A stretch of DNA of 64,000 bases from Omnitrophica WOR_2 bacterium GWF2_43_52 (GCA_001805445.1 MHGF01000022.1:74613-138612), one strand, 5' to 3'. Counted from the first letter of the stretch, positions 1 to 9,092 are shown. Program-made: numbers and translations. The notes: generated by a model from the sequence alone, not told the origin.

Positions 1-784
1 AATTATCATCCTGAAGGACGACCACTTTAACCCCGTATTGTTTATGCAGCATCTCCAATTCTTCAATAACCCTTTTTGGGCTTTTGGCGCGCCATTTAAG
101 AAAATCACTCGGGGAGCGCGGGTCATACTGATCCCACTCATAGCAAAAGGTACACGCTGAAGGGCAGCCGCGGGATGAGACCATATCCACAAAGGGCTTC
201 CAATGGGTATGCCCCACATATTTATCCATCGGGAATAAATCATAAGCCGGAAGAGGTAAAGAATCCAAATCCTGCTGTAAGGCTTTATAAGGGCCCATCA
301 CAATTTCCCCATTTATTCTGGAAGTAACTCCTCCCACATTTTTTAAATCTTTCTTTTTTTCTATCGCTTCTAATAAATCATAAAAACACTCTTCCTCACC
401 CATTACCACAAAGTCCGCCGCGGGATTAGCCGCAAGGCTTTCAGTCGGCATTGCCGAATACCACAGGCCGCCGAAGATTATTTTTACCTTAGGGAGCGCC
501 TGCTTTATTTTCTTGGCTGCCTCGTTAAAATACCAGACTACCGCGTAGCCGCCGTAGGAATGAAGCTGTTCGCCCAAAACCACGATATCCGGATTTTTCT
601 CTTTCACTTGGGCGGTCATTTCATCCATAGACAATTCAAAAGCTTTACAATCCAATACCGCAACATCCTTATACCCCTTTTCCCTGACATACGCCGCCCA
701 ATGGGTATACAACTGATTCGGTGCCACATGTTTTCCATGCGTTGCCCAAGCGCCCACTTTAGGCATGACAAATAAAATTTTCAT
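1..784 (-). CDS. B12-binding radical SAM protein (N-terminal ~260 aa; 3' end runs off window start)
   Basis: Reverse-strand translation begins MKILFVMPKVGAWATHGK... (B12-binding-like N-domain) and continues to SSRGCPSACTFC, the CxxxCxxC radical-SAM cluster motif. A GGAGGA RBS lies upstream of the ATG at 784. Not in the ORF track because it is truncated by the window edge. Confidence 0.7.
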   Translation of the reverse strand, partial: MKILFVMPKVGAWATHGKHVAPNQLYTHWAAYVREKGYKDVAVLDCKAFELSMDEMTAQVKEKNPDIVVLGEQLHSYGGYAVVWYFNEAAKKIKQALPKVKIIFGGLWYSAMPTESLAANPAADFVVMGEEECFYDLLEAIEKKKDLKNVGGVTSRINGEIVMGPYKALQQDLDSLPLPAYDLFPMDKYVGHTHWKPFVDMVSSRGCPSACTFCYEWDQYDPRSPSDFLKWRAKSPKRVIEELEMLHKQYGVKVVVLQDDN

Positions 785-858
785 TCTTTATCCTCCGTCT
801 TTAGGGACGGTTCTTTATTGGTAGTAATTCTATAGAAAGAACCGTCCCTGAATAGTTG

Positions 859-2250
859 TTAAAATGATTGAAAAACAATGTCTCCTTTTGCCTTGCTTAA
901 ACCGTGCGCCTCTTCATCAATCTCAACGCCAGCGAAATCATCCTGTTTATCAGGGCCAAAACTATACACAATCCAGCCATTCTCCTTTTTCACATATTTT
1001 AATGGCTTAAAATTGTCAAATGGATCTTCAGGGATTTTCTCAAGATAGGCAGGGACTAATTCTTGTAAATTCTCCAGCATCTTACCTTTTTCTATTTCGT
1101 AGCATCTTACGGCGACAGCCGCAATCAAAAGGTTTAGCCTGCTCACTGAGTTATAATAATAAACTATCTGTCGGTTATAACCAGGCATTGGCATTTGCAC
1201 AAAAAGCCTAGAAATCGTCTTGGCAATGGTTGAGGAAAACATCCATTGAAATAATTTATTCTTAAGAAGATACGGCTGTGTAAAAACGAACCACGAGAAT
1301 GGTGTAAACTTTAATACGCCTGATTGCTCATACCGTTTATTGAAGGCATTATAATTATTTTCTCGAAAAGCTGCGACGAGATAGGGATACCATTCATTAT
1401 CTGATTTATTATATTCTTTATAAATTGCCTGCCGAACCTTTTTGATAAGTTTTATTGGTTTGTCTTTAGCAGATTCTTTTCCCTTGTCAGGAGTAACAGC
1501 TTTTCCCGAGGCCTCTTGTTCCCTTTCGTTTTGTCCAAAATATTCCGAAAGAAAATCCGGAGAATCAAGCAGTCTTATTATAGTATTTCTATGAGCCGTT
1601 CTTTCTTCTTCAAAAGCGTTTTCCAGGGTAATTCTCAATTTATCGCTTTTTAGAGAAAGGAGCATACTAAGTATCGATTGGAAATCTTCGATATTGACGT
1701 TTTCATTTTGTTCAAGGTACCTGTCTATGGCAGAATATAATGGCGTTTCCGTAACCCAAACCGTTGCTTTTGTGAGCAGGATAAATGCTTTTTGTTGCTC
1801 TAAATGTCTGACATAACGCGTAAGCGCAAGATAATTTTCTAAAGCCAAATCGGGCTTATGTTCTTCTTCATACAATTTAGCTTCTAACATCATTAACTTT
1901 GCTATACGCAATTCTTTTAAATGGGAAGGCCCCATTGCAATTAAATCTTTTACCGGCGGCTTACCAAAAGTAAAGTCACAATAGGTGATCTCAGTTGCCT
2001 TCTTAAATCCCTCTATCGCTTCTTTGTTTTGGGCGAGAATAGCTTTTAATCCCTCATTACCCTCTTTCCAGCCATCCTTGATTACCTTATTTATCTCATC
2101 ATGAGGAAAAGATGAAATATCGGAAAATAAAGATGACGCTTGTTGATACATCGTAGCGGCATTTTCTTCAGCATAGCTTGAAGCAATAAATAATATGCTA
2201 GATAGAAAGATAAAAAAACAAGTACATCTTAACCTATTTTTGCTTGGCAT
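859..2250 (-). CDS. secreted hypothetical protein (463 aa) with N-terminal signal peptide
   Basis: ORF track. N-terminus MPSKNRLRCTCFFIFLSSILFIASSYAEE has a hydrophobic core plus an A-x-A-like cleavage region. No recognisable catalytic motif. Sits 3 bp downstream of the KS-like gene. Confidence 0.5.
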   Translation of the reverse strand: MPSKNRLRCTCFFIFLSSILFIASSYAEENAATMYQQASSLFSDISSFPHDEINKVIKDGWKEGNEGLKAILAQNKEAIEGFKKATEITYCDFTFGKPPVKDLIAMGPSHLKELRIAKLMMLEAKLYEEEHKPDLALENYLALTRYVRHLEQQKAFILLTKATVWVTETPLYSAIDRYLEQNENVNIEDFQSILSMLLSLKSDKLRITLENAFEEERTAHRNTIIRLLDSPDFLSEYFGQNEREQEASGKAVTPDKGKESAKDKPIKLIKKVRQAIYKEYNKSDNEWYPYLVAAFRENNYNAFNKRYEQSGVLKFTPFSWFVFTQPYLLKNKLFQWMFSSTIAKTISRLFVQMPMPGYNRQIVYYYNSVSRLNLLIAAVAVRCYEIEKGKMLENLQELVPAYLEKIPEDPFDNFKPLKYVKKENGWIVYSFGPDKQDDFAGVEIDEEAHGLSKAKGDIVFQSF

Positions 2251-2253
2251 TTA

Positions 2254-3483
2254 CTATTCTTTCTCCACTACCAGCGCTGAGTTTATTCCTCCTCTGCCGC
2301 GGGAAATCACCAGAGCCTTATTTATCTTATGCTCTTTGGCTTCTTTTTTGATATAGTTTAGGCCGTTATTTGCCGGCTCATCCAAGTTTATGGTTGGGGG
2401 AACTAAATTATGCTCCATGCTCAGAATTGTGGTAATCATATCTACCGCCCCTGATGCGCCCAACAAATTACCGAACATTGACTTAGGGCAGCTGGTGGGA
2501 AGAGTCTTTGCCTTAGCGCCAAAGACCTGCTTTATAGCACTCACTTCGCCCAAATCCCAATCATCGCAAGCCATACCGTCTAAACTAATATAATCTATTT
2601 TTTCCGGAGAAACCTTGGCATCATCCAAAGCCATTTGAATTGCCCGGGCTAATTCCTTACCGTCAGTCGCCGGATTAATCCTGTCTTTTGCGTCGCAGGT
2701 TGTGCCATATCCGGAAATCACCGCCTGGATATTTGCCTTACGAGCCTTGGCGCGTTCAATATTTTCTAGCGTTACAATCCCCGCGCCTTCGCCAATCACA
2801 CAACCGTCGCGTTTTTTGTCAAATGGCCGATACGCGCTTTGGGGATTATCATTATTTTTGGATAAACAGCCGTAGGTATTACAACACAAAAGGGCGTAGG
2901 GAGTAACCGGCGCTTCCATTCCTCCGGCAAGAATCAAATTCAACTTATCCTTACCCAAAGTCTTACTGGCATAACCTAAAGCCATCAAAGAGCTGGCCCG
3001 GTCAGAAACTACGGTTTTACTAAAACCCTTGATACCGTAATAAATGGAAACCTGGCCTTGGGGAGCCGCGGGAAACCAAGCGCTGGCCATATACGGTGAA
3101 ACCCCTGAGCGTCCTTCCAAATATAAATCCCGCAATTCCGTTTCCGCGTAAAGCCAGCCGCCAATGGCATTGCCTAAAAATATCCCCACCAAATTGGGGT
3201 CTTCTTTTTGAATGTCAAGGCCGGCATCCTGCAGGCTCATTTCCGAGGCAATCAATGCCATATGCGAAAAGGCATCCATCTTTTTTAAGAGGCGCTCGGA
3301 GACATGCGTATAAGCATCCAAATCATCAATCTGCCCGGCAATGTGCGACGAATAATCCTTGGCGTCAAAACGGGTGATAGGCTTAATGAAACTTCTTCCT
3401 GCCTTAATATTCGCCCAGAACTGGCGCTTGCCGATGCCGCTGGGGGCAACAATCCCAATTCCTGTAACTGCTATTTTACGCAT
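2254..3483 (-). CDS. beta-ketoacyl synthase family protein lacking the Cys-His-His catalytic triad (chain-length-factor-like KS partner)
   Basis: Thiolase-fold KAS I/II-like over its full length (GIGIVAPSG...PFDKKRDGCVIGEGAG...). Aligned to the adjacent KAS, the active-site TGCTAG is replaced by SDRASS (Cys to Arg), ISAHGSS by ISLDGMA (His to Asp) and IGHPLAA by FGNLLGA (His to Asn). An RBS, GGAGAGGG, lies upstream. Confidence 0.75.
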   Translation of the reverse strand: MRKIAVTGIGIVAPSGIGKRQFWANIKAGRSFIKPITRFDAKDYSSHIAGQIDDLDAYTHVSERLLKKMDAFSHMALIASEMSLQDAGLDIQKEDPNLVGIFLGNAIGGWLYAETELRDLYLEGRSGVSPYMASAWFPAAPQGQVSIYYGIKGFSKTVVSDRASSLMALGYASKTLGKDKLNLILAGGMEAPVTPYALLCCNTYGCLSKNNDNPQSAYRPFDKKRDGCVIGEGAGIVTLENIERAKARKANIQAVISGYGTTCDAKDRINPATDGKELARAIQMALDDAKVSPEKIDYISLDGMACDDWDLGEVSAIKQVFGAKAKTLPTSCPKSMFGNLLGASGAVDMITTILSMEHNLVPPTINLDEPANNGLNYIKKEAKEHKINKALVISRGRGGINSALVVEKE

Positions 3484-3571
3484 TCCCTCTCCATTAAAAA
3501 ATAATGCTTCGTGTGCCGTGTACCGCTCACCGTGTACCGTTACGGTGAACGGTACACGGTAAACGCAACAA
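3484..3571 (-). terminator. strong hairpin (ccgtgtaccg...cggtacacgg) followed on the minus strand by TTATTTTTT, between the two KS genes; terminator or attenuator-like
   Basis: Inverted repeat CCGTGTACCGTT/AACGGTACACGG seen directly. The minus-strand reading gives a stem-loop followed by a T-rich tract. Confidence 0.4.
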
Positions 3572-4831
3572 TCATTCCATTCTTTTTAACACTAGTGATG
3601 AATGTATCCCGGAAAAACCGCTTGAGGTTTTGATAATCATATTTACCTTTTTCTGCCGGGCAGTATTAGGGATATAATCCAGGTCGCATAATGGATCTTT
3701 TTCTTCCTGATTTATCGTAGGAGGTAAAATGTTCTTCTGAAAAATCATGGCGCAGACACTTAGCTCAACGGCATTGGCTGCCGCCAAAGGATGCCCAATC
3801 ATAGACTTAAGCGAACTCATCGGCAGTTTATACGCATAATCCCCAAAGACCATTTTGTAAGCGCTGGTTTCAAAAATATCGTTCATCCGGGTGGATGAGC
3901 CGTGGGCGCTGATATAATCTATATCCCGCGGCTTTACCGCGGCATCCTTAAGGGCTAAATTGATACAACTTGCCATTGCCGTGCCGTCTGCGGGAAGGTC
4001 AGTCATATGAAAGGCGTTGCAACTGGTGCCAAATCCGATGACTTCACAATAAATATGGGCGTTTCGTTTAAGCGCATGATTTAATTCCTCTAAAATTAAA
4101 ATCCCCGCGCCTTCGGAAAGCACAAACCCATCGCGTTTTTTATCAAACGGCCGCGATGCCTTTTCCGGAAAATCGTTACGCACGGACAATACATTCACCA
4201 CATCAAACGCCCCAAAGGTAATCGGCGTAAGGGGCGCTTCGGCAGCTCCGGCTATCATAATATCCGCTTCTCCATCCTGAATCGTCTCTAAGCAAAAACC
4301 TAAAGAATCCGTGCCGGCGGTGCATCCGGTTGAAATGGTATTACAAAGGCCATTCAACCCATATCGGGCGGAAAGCTCAATTGACGGAGTATTAAACATC
4401 GCGGCATCATAGAGGTCAGGGCGGACTAATTTTGGATTGATGGGATTTTTGCCGTTATCGGTAACTAAAGAAAACTCCTCCTCCATATATTTTGTCCCGC
4501 AGATAGCATTGGCTAATGACACACCTACTCTTTCTGTATCTTCTTTACTAAAATCCAAACCGCTATCTTTAATAGCCATATCCCCTGCCACTACCCCAAA
4601 CTGCACATATCTATCCATGCGCACCGCCTCATCATGGGTAAGCCCAAGTTTAAACGGGTCAAAATCCCTCACCTCAGCGGCAATCCGGGTATTAAACACC
4701 GAAACATCAAAATCATCCACCAGCCTCACCGCAGATTTTCCGTTAATCATGGCATTATAGACATTATCTTTACCAATGCCGTTAGGCGAAATCACGCCGA
4801 TTCCTGTTATCACTACGCGTCTTTTTTGCAT
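3572..4831 (-). CDS. 3-oxoacyl-ACP synthase II-like ketosynthase (FabF family), catalytically intact
   Basis: 419 aa. Motifs VITGIGVISPNG, active-site Cys in NTISTGCTAGTDS, His in ISAHGSS and IGHPLAA, and PFDKKRDGFVLSEGAG. Confidence 0.85.
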   Translation of the reverse strand: MQKRRVVITGIGVISPNGIGKDNVYNAMINGKSAVRLVDDFDVSVFNTRIAAEVRDFDPFKLGLTHDEAVRMDRYVQFGVVAGDMAIKDSGLDFSKEDTERVGVSLANAICGTKYMEEEFSLVTDNGKNPINPKLVRPDLYDAAMFNTPSIELSARYGLNGLCNTISTGCTAGTDSLGFCLETIQDGEADIMIAGAAEAPLTPITFGAFDVVNVLSVRNDFPEKASRPFDKKRDGFVLSEGAGILILEELNHALKRNAHIYCEVIGFGTSCNAFHMTDLPADGTAMASCINLALKDAAVKPRDIDYISAHGSSTRMNDIFETSAYKMVFGDYAYKLPMSSLKSMIGHPLAAANAVELSVCAMIFQKNILPPTINQEEKDPLCDLDYIPNTARQKKVNMIIKTSSGFSGIHSSLVLKRME

Positions 4832-4846
4832 AATTTATTTTTTCTC

Positions 4847-5485
4847 CTAACAACCACAGGGCGGTGGGACTTTATTTTTAGAAACCACATCTTTATTTTC
4901 CGCTTCGCCTGTCCGCGTCACTTTAAATACTATATGGCCGCCGTCTGGACAAGTTACCGTATCTATAGAATCGGGGTCCTTCATAAAGAAAAACTTAGCC
5001 CCGAAATTAAGGGCAAATAATGCCGGAAACATCGTATGGAATGCCGCGCCGCAAAAATTAGGAATAGTCTCTAAACCTTTGGTTTCCCATTTCTGGCCTA
5101 AAACATACTTATAGGCGCAATGGCCCTCAGATTTAACGACTTCAACAGCCATCTTTTTTGGTTTTGGGCCTTTCCAATTTTGGTCTTTAGGTATAAACTC
5201 AACCTTACCATCCTTATCCAAAACCTCGGCCTTAAATTCTAACTTTCCTCCGTCAGGACAAGTGGTCAATAACGAGCGCTGGTTTTCCATAAAAGGAAAC
5301 CGCGCCCCAAAGCTTAAGGCATAGATTACAGGAAAAAGCACCTGGGCTAGGCCTAAACAAAAGTGCTCCGGAGGATGGGTAAAATCTTCTAAAATTAATA
5401 CATCCCCCAATTTATAGTTATGATAACAGTGCCCCCCGACCTTATTGACCGTAAGTTTTAATTTTGGAAACGGCGTCTCTACCAT
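4847..5485 (-). CDS. tandem-repeat Cys/His-rich protein (2 x ~100-aa 'HC..YKLG...TCPDGG' domains)
   Basis: 212 aa. Two internal repeats each carry a GHC.[HY].YKLG motif, an F/LFPxxxALxFGA[RK]F motif and a TCPDGG motif, and the protein ends in CGC. May be related to small TIGR04076-like proteins, recalled from memory and not verified. Confidence 0.55.
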   Translation of the reverse strand: MVETPFPKLKLTVNKVGGHCYHNYKLGDVLILEDFTHPPEHFCLGLAQVLFPVIYALSFGARFPFMENQRSLLTTCPDGGKLEFKAEVLDKDGKVEFIPKDQNWKGPKPKKMAVEVVKSEGHCAYKYVLGQKWETKGLETIPNFCGAAFHTMFPALFALNFGAKFFFMKDPDSIDTVTCPDGGHIVFKVTRTGEAENKDVVSKNKVPPPCGC

Positions 5486-5506
5486 CTATAAATCCTCCCT
5501 GAGAAA

Positions 5507-5533
5507 CCAATTCAACCTACGAGGTTGAATTGG
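5507..5533. repeat. hairpin ccaattcaacct-acg-aggttgaattgg (12-bp stem) with core CAACCTACGAGGTTG; same core as the palindrome at 18766-18816
   Basis: Direct inspection. Lies between the stop of the oxidoreductase gene and the start of the CPDGG gene. Confidence 0.6.
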
Positions 5534-6532
5534 TTATAATCCTTTTGTTTTTTCTATGAGCTCTTTTACATCTAAAAAGCGCTTACTTTTCTCTACCGTA
5601 TGCACAAGCTCAACTAATTTTCCATTGAGTTTGGCGCAGATACTGTGCTCTTTTGCCAAAGCTACAAACGCGCCATTAATATAATCAATTTCCGAAAGGC
5701 GATTTCTTTTAATGCTCTGAAGTATTGAGCCATACAAAGGCTCTTTGCTTAAATTCATCATAATACCGGAAAATATCTTCGCCGACTCATCCAAGGGCAA
5801 TGCCGCTAATTTTTCCAGGCGTTCCAAAGGGAAATCCGGCAAAGAAACAAGCTTTATTCCTACCTTTGTAATAATAGCCAGCCCCTCTTGCCAAATACGC
5901 ATACTCAGCTTGCAAAGCTCTGAATTGCTAAAAGTTTCTTGCATGCTTTTACCAATAAGCGCGGGCAAACAATTATTGGCATTGACAAAAACCTTAAGCC
6001 ACTTCATTCCTGCAATATCATCAGTTGTAATAACAGGAAAAATTTTATTTAAAAAAACGGCAATTTCTTCTGCCTTTGTATCATTCTTCATAAACGGCCT
6101 GCCGATAATCCATTTCCCCTCAAAATTATGCACGATTTTATTTAAGCCTAAATAGGTTGAGCCAAACATCACGATGCTTGAGATAATCTTTTCTTCAGAA
6201 AAATATTTGGCTAAAATTTTATCCGCCTGTATGCCGTTTTGAGTGGTTAAAATTATCGTATTCTTTAAATACGCTAAATTTTCTTTTATAACCTTTTCAA
6301 TATCCTGTGTCTTTACGGTAAGAATGGCAAGATCAACTTTTTTCCCTAATTTTGGGACAATATCAATTTTTATTTTCAAGTCGCCGCGCGTGCCGGAGAT
6401 TTCGAAGCCGTTTTTGCTGATAGCCTCAACTGCCTCCTTGCGGCCGACTAAAAAAACATCCTCCCCTCTATGCTTAAGGTAGCCCGCAACCAAACCACCA
6501 ATTGCCCCTGGGCCTATGACTGCTATTTTCAT
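5534..6532 (-). CDS. 2-dehydropantoate 2-reductase family (ApbA/PanE-like) NAD(P)-dependent oxidoreductase
   Basis: 332 aa. N-terminal Rossmann motif MKIAVIGPGAIGG and overall ApbA/PanE-family architecture. The KS/CLF context suggests a ketoreductase role, which is inference. Confidence 0.7.
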   Translation of the reverse strand: MKIAVIGPGAIGGLVAGYLKHRGEDVFLVGRKEAVEAISKNGFEISGTRGDLKIKIDIVPKLGKKVDLAILTVKTQDIEKVIKENLAYLKNTIILTTQNGIQADKILAKYFSEEKIISSIVMFGSTYLGLNKIVHNFEGKWIIGRPFMKNDTKAEEIAVFLNKIFPVITTDDIAGMKWLKVFVNANNCLPALIGKSMQETFSNSELCKLSMRIWQEGLAIITKVGIKLVSLPDFPLERLEKLAALPLDESAKIFSGIMMNLSKEPLYGSILQSIKRNRLSEIDYINGAFVALAKEHSICAKLNGKLVELVHTVEKSKRFLDVKELIEKTKGL

Positions 6533-6552
6533 AGTTCGCTTCGCTCACTCAC

Positions 6553-6650
6553 GAATTACCACGAATTTTTATCGAATTTACACAAATTAAATCTATATTT
6601 TATTCGTGGCCTTTCGGCTTCTTATTCGTGTGAATTCGTGTTTCTCGGAA
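6553..6650. repeat. MITE-like intergenic element with multiple ACACGAATT/AATTCGTG(T) half-sites in both orientations
   Basis: The sequence cacgaattaccacgaattt...ttattcgtgg...ttattcgtgtgaattcgtgttt belongs to the same family as elements at 17493, 22961, 29925, 36700, 37722, 41383 and 50218. Confidence 0.6.
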
Positions 6651-6897
6651 AGCCATACTTCCTATAATCAAACCCTACATCTTCCAAAAGGCGAATCATC
6701 AGGCTATAAAAAGGTTTAGGTACATCGCTAAAAAGCGCGGCAATAACATCTTGTTCTTCAACCTGGCGTACGGCGCGCGCTTTTGCATTTTCCTGAGCCT
6801 TAAGCGTTACCGCTTCTTCGGCAATACGCCGGTGAAACACCGGCATCTTAGCAACCATTAACTTAAATTTTTCTTGTGTCTTTATATTCCACTCCAT
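6622..6897 (-). CDS. small PCP_red-like domain protein (similar to the BchB/ChlB C-terminal 'protochlorophyllide reductase 57 kD' domain)
   Basis: 91 aa. The pattern W..K.QEKF...VAKMPVFHRRIAEEAV...A..AV..V...DVIAALF resembles the stand-alone PCP_red domain. Pattern match from memory. Confidence 0.4.
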   Translation of the reverse strand: MEWNIKTQEKFKLMVAKMPVFHRRIAEEAVTLKAQENAKARAVRQVEEQDVIAALFSDVPKPFYSLMIRLLEDVGFDYRKYGFPRNTNSHE

Positions 6898-6918
6898 AAT
6901 TTGCTCACTCCGCTCGCA

Positions 6919-6975
6919 AATAGTCGATAGCCTATAGTCGATTGTCCGCAGTAAGATCTATAGCTTATCGATTAT
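6919..6975. repeat. ATAGTCGATAG-type repeat element (aatagtcgatagcctatagtcgattg...ctatagcttatcgatta)
   Basis: Shares the ATAGTCGATAG/CTATAG motif with 25998-26032 and with an in-frame segment of mnmE at 45667-45696. Confidence 0.55.
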
Positions 6976-8516
6976 TAACTGTCGACCGCTTTCAGCTTTT
7001 CCTTTTGTATCTTCCCACTTGGGGTCTTGGGTAAGGTATCTCTGATTTCTACATTATGGGGAACCTTAAAATGCGCTAAATGCTCCCGGCAAAAAGAGCG
7101 GATATCTTCGGTGGTTGCCTCAACACCTTGCTTAAAGACCACAAACGCTTTGACGATTTCACCCCGCAGTTTATCCGGTATACCCACTACCGCCGCTTCT
7201 TGCACTGACGGGTGTTTTAAAAGCACGTTTTCCACTTCAAAAGAGTAAACAATCTCACCGGAAACTTTAATCATATCCTTTTTACGGCCTACTATATAAA
7301 GGAAACCTTCCTCATCAAATCTTCCTAAATCACCAGTGTGAAACCAGCCGTTTTTAATTACCTCTGAGGTAGTTTCTGGGTCCTTATAGTAGCCTTCCAT
7401 CACCACCCAGCCTTTAATAATAATCTCCCCTACCTCACCTTTCGGTAATTCCGTATCATCGTCAGCGGCTATTTTTACCTCAACCCATGGCGCTGGCTTT
7501 CCTATACTTTCAATTTTTTTTGAACCAAGAGGAATGACGGTGTTCGGCGGGCAGGTCTCAGTAAGCCCCCAGCCGTTTAAAAGATGCGCCTTAGGACAAT
7601 ACTGCTGGAATCGCCTCAAGGAATGAGGATCGCTCGGCGCCCCAAACACCACCACCCAGCGTAAGCTGGATAAATCAAAACTCTCAAACTCCTTTAAGTT
7701 TAAAATGGCATAATACATTGAAGGCACTAAATGAAAACAGGTGACTTTATATTTCTGGATATTCCTTAAGAATTCTAAAGGTTGAAAACGCTCCATCAAT
7801 ACAAGAGTAATTCCGTAGCAAATACAATTCTGGATATAAACAAGCCCGCCTGAATGGGACAAAGGAAGCGCGGAAAGTTTTACATCCTTATCCGTTAAAT
7901 CCACAAAATACTCCATAGCCTTTGGCGAACCGTCAAGATGCTTATAATTAAGCGAAATTCCTTTGGGCGAGCCGGTTGTGCCGGAAGTATACATAATAAG
8001 CGCGGGGTCTGTATCTTCTACTTTTATATCGGTAGGAAACGGCCTTGCAGAGGCTACCATATCCGTAAAAGAGCGAAAGCCGCTCTTCTGCGGCTCTAAA
8101 ACAATTACATGGGCTAAGCTGGAGGCTCGGTTTTTCAGGCTTTCAAGTGAAAGCCGCTCTTTTTCCTTAGCAATTAAAGCCTTGGCTTCACAATGGCTTA
8201 AACAGCTCGCCAGTTCATCCTCGGTAAGCATGTAATCCAGAGGAACAATGGTAGCGCCTATAGAAAATAGGGCCAAATAGCTATAGATATATTCAGGGCA
8301 ATTAGGTAAGTAAATGGCAACCTTGTCTGATTTCTTTATGCCTAAGCTAAGCAGACCATTGGCGAGCTTAAAGACATTATCATAGAGCTCTAAGAAGCTA
8401 ATCGGCTTGTCTCTTCCCGATAAATCGGGATCCCGACTCTTTTGTCGGGAAAAGATTATGGCCGGCTTGGAATGGAATTTCTTGGTAGTATCAATTAAGA
8501 CTTGGGCGACATTCAT
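6975..8516 (-). CDS. AMP-dependent synthetase/ligase (acyl-CoA or acyl-ACP ligase)
   Basis: 513 aa. Adenylation P-loop YTSGTTGSPKG, plus GWGLTE and a lysine near the C-terminus (PKTPSGKIQK). Confidence 0.85.
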   Translation of the reverse strand: MNVAQVLIDTTKKFHSKPAIIFSRQKSRDPDLSGRDKPISFLELYDNVFKLANGLLSLGIKKSDKVAIYLPNCPEYIYSYLALFSIGATIVPLDYMLTEDELASCLSHCEAKALIAKEKERLSLESLKNRASSLAHVIVLEPQKSGFRSFTDMVASARPFPTDIKVEDTDPALIMYTSGTTGSPKGISLNYKHLDGSPKAMEYFVDLTDKDVKLSALPLSHSGGLVYIQNCICYGITLVLMERFQPLEFLRNIQKYKVTCFHLVPSMYYAILNLKEFESFDLSSLRWVVVFGAPSDPHSLRRFQQYCPKAHLLNGWGLTETCPPNTVIPLGSKKIESIGKPAPWVEVKIAADDDTELPKGEVGEIIIKGWVVMEGYYKDPETTSEVIKNGWFHTGDLGRFDEEGFLYIVGRKKDMIKVSGEIVYSFEVENVLLKHPSVQEAAVVGIPDKLRGEIVKAFVVFKQGVEATTEDIRSFCREHLAHFKVPHNVEIRDTLPKTPSGKIQKEKLKAVDS

Positions 8517-8798
8517 TTGATGTACTCACTAACAATGGGATCCCACAGTTAAAGGCGGATAATCGCTACGAAGCCCTCCCGTCGTTTGCATGTTCAGGGC
8601 GAAGCAGGATAGTAAAATTTTACTATTTAACTTTTCTTAATTATAAGAGGCATAAAACCTATTGTCAATAATTATTTTGCGAAGGTTTCTATGATGAGGT
8701 AATTGCTGGAAAATGGATCTGGATTCCCCGGTTAAGCCGAAGAATAACAGAATACCCAAATTTACTGTTACCGGTTACAATTAAGGCGGGATTATGAT

Positions 8799-9092
8799 CT
8801 ACGGATGTGGGGTTATGGCAGCGACACTTATTTGATTCTTTCGCGGCCCATAATACCAAAATATACGATACGCGCCAGGAGTAGAAGCTTGAGCATATGC
8901 CTCAAAAACTTTTTCTCCATGCGGCCCTTTAAGGCTTGTGAATTCATGCGTATTTAAACTCGGATGGCGAAGGTTGTGCTGCATCAGGGCTAGAGTTTTT
9001 TTGACTGCCTTCTCAATCTTCCTGCGAGAACGATCGTTTTCAAGCGCGGTTAACTGTTCTTGCGCCGTATCCGTAAGAACAATTTCATTCAT
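8799..9092 (-). CDS. type II toxin, RelE/ParE superfamily
   Basis: 97 aa. The C-terminus ...YRIFWYYGPRKNQISVAAITPHP is typical of RelE/ParE-fold toxins. The 8-nt overlap with the upstream antitoxin gene is typical of TA operons. Confidence 0.6.
   Translation of the reverse strand: MNEIVLTDTAQEQLTALENDRSRRKIEKAVKKTLALMQHNLRHPSLNTHEFTSLKGPHGEKVFEAYAQASTPGAYRIFWYYGPRKNQISVAAITPHP

Noticed and set aside
4437-5020. Plus-strand ORFs (4437-4760, 4634-5020) and many similar 60-130-aa ORFs listed antisense to large genes (e.g. 10521-10823, 27677-28150, 31952-32614, 56583-56903)
   Set aside because: They lie entirely within, and antisense to, long well-supported CDSs, have low-complexity translations and lack RBSs. 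They are treated as spurious.
6553-6650. CRISPR array (the ACACGAAT repeat clusters here and at seven other sites)
   Set aside because: The repeats are 8-10 bp half-sites in mixed orientation with irregular 5-30-bp spacing. There are no 24-48-bp direct repeats with unique spacers and no cas genes.
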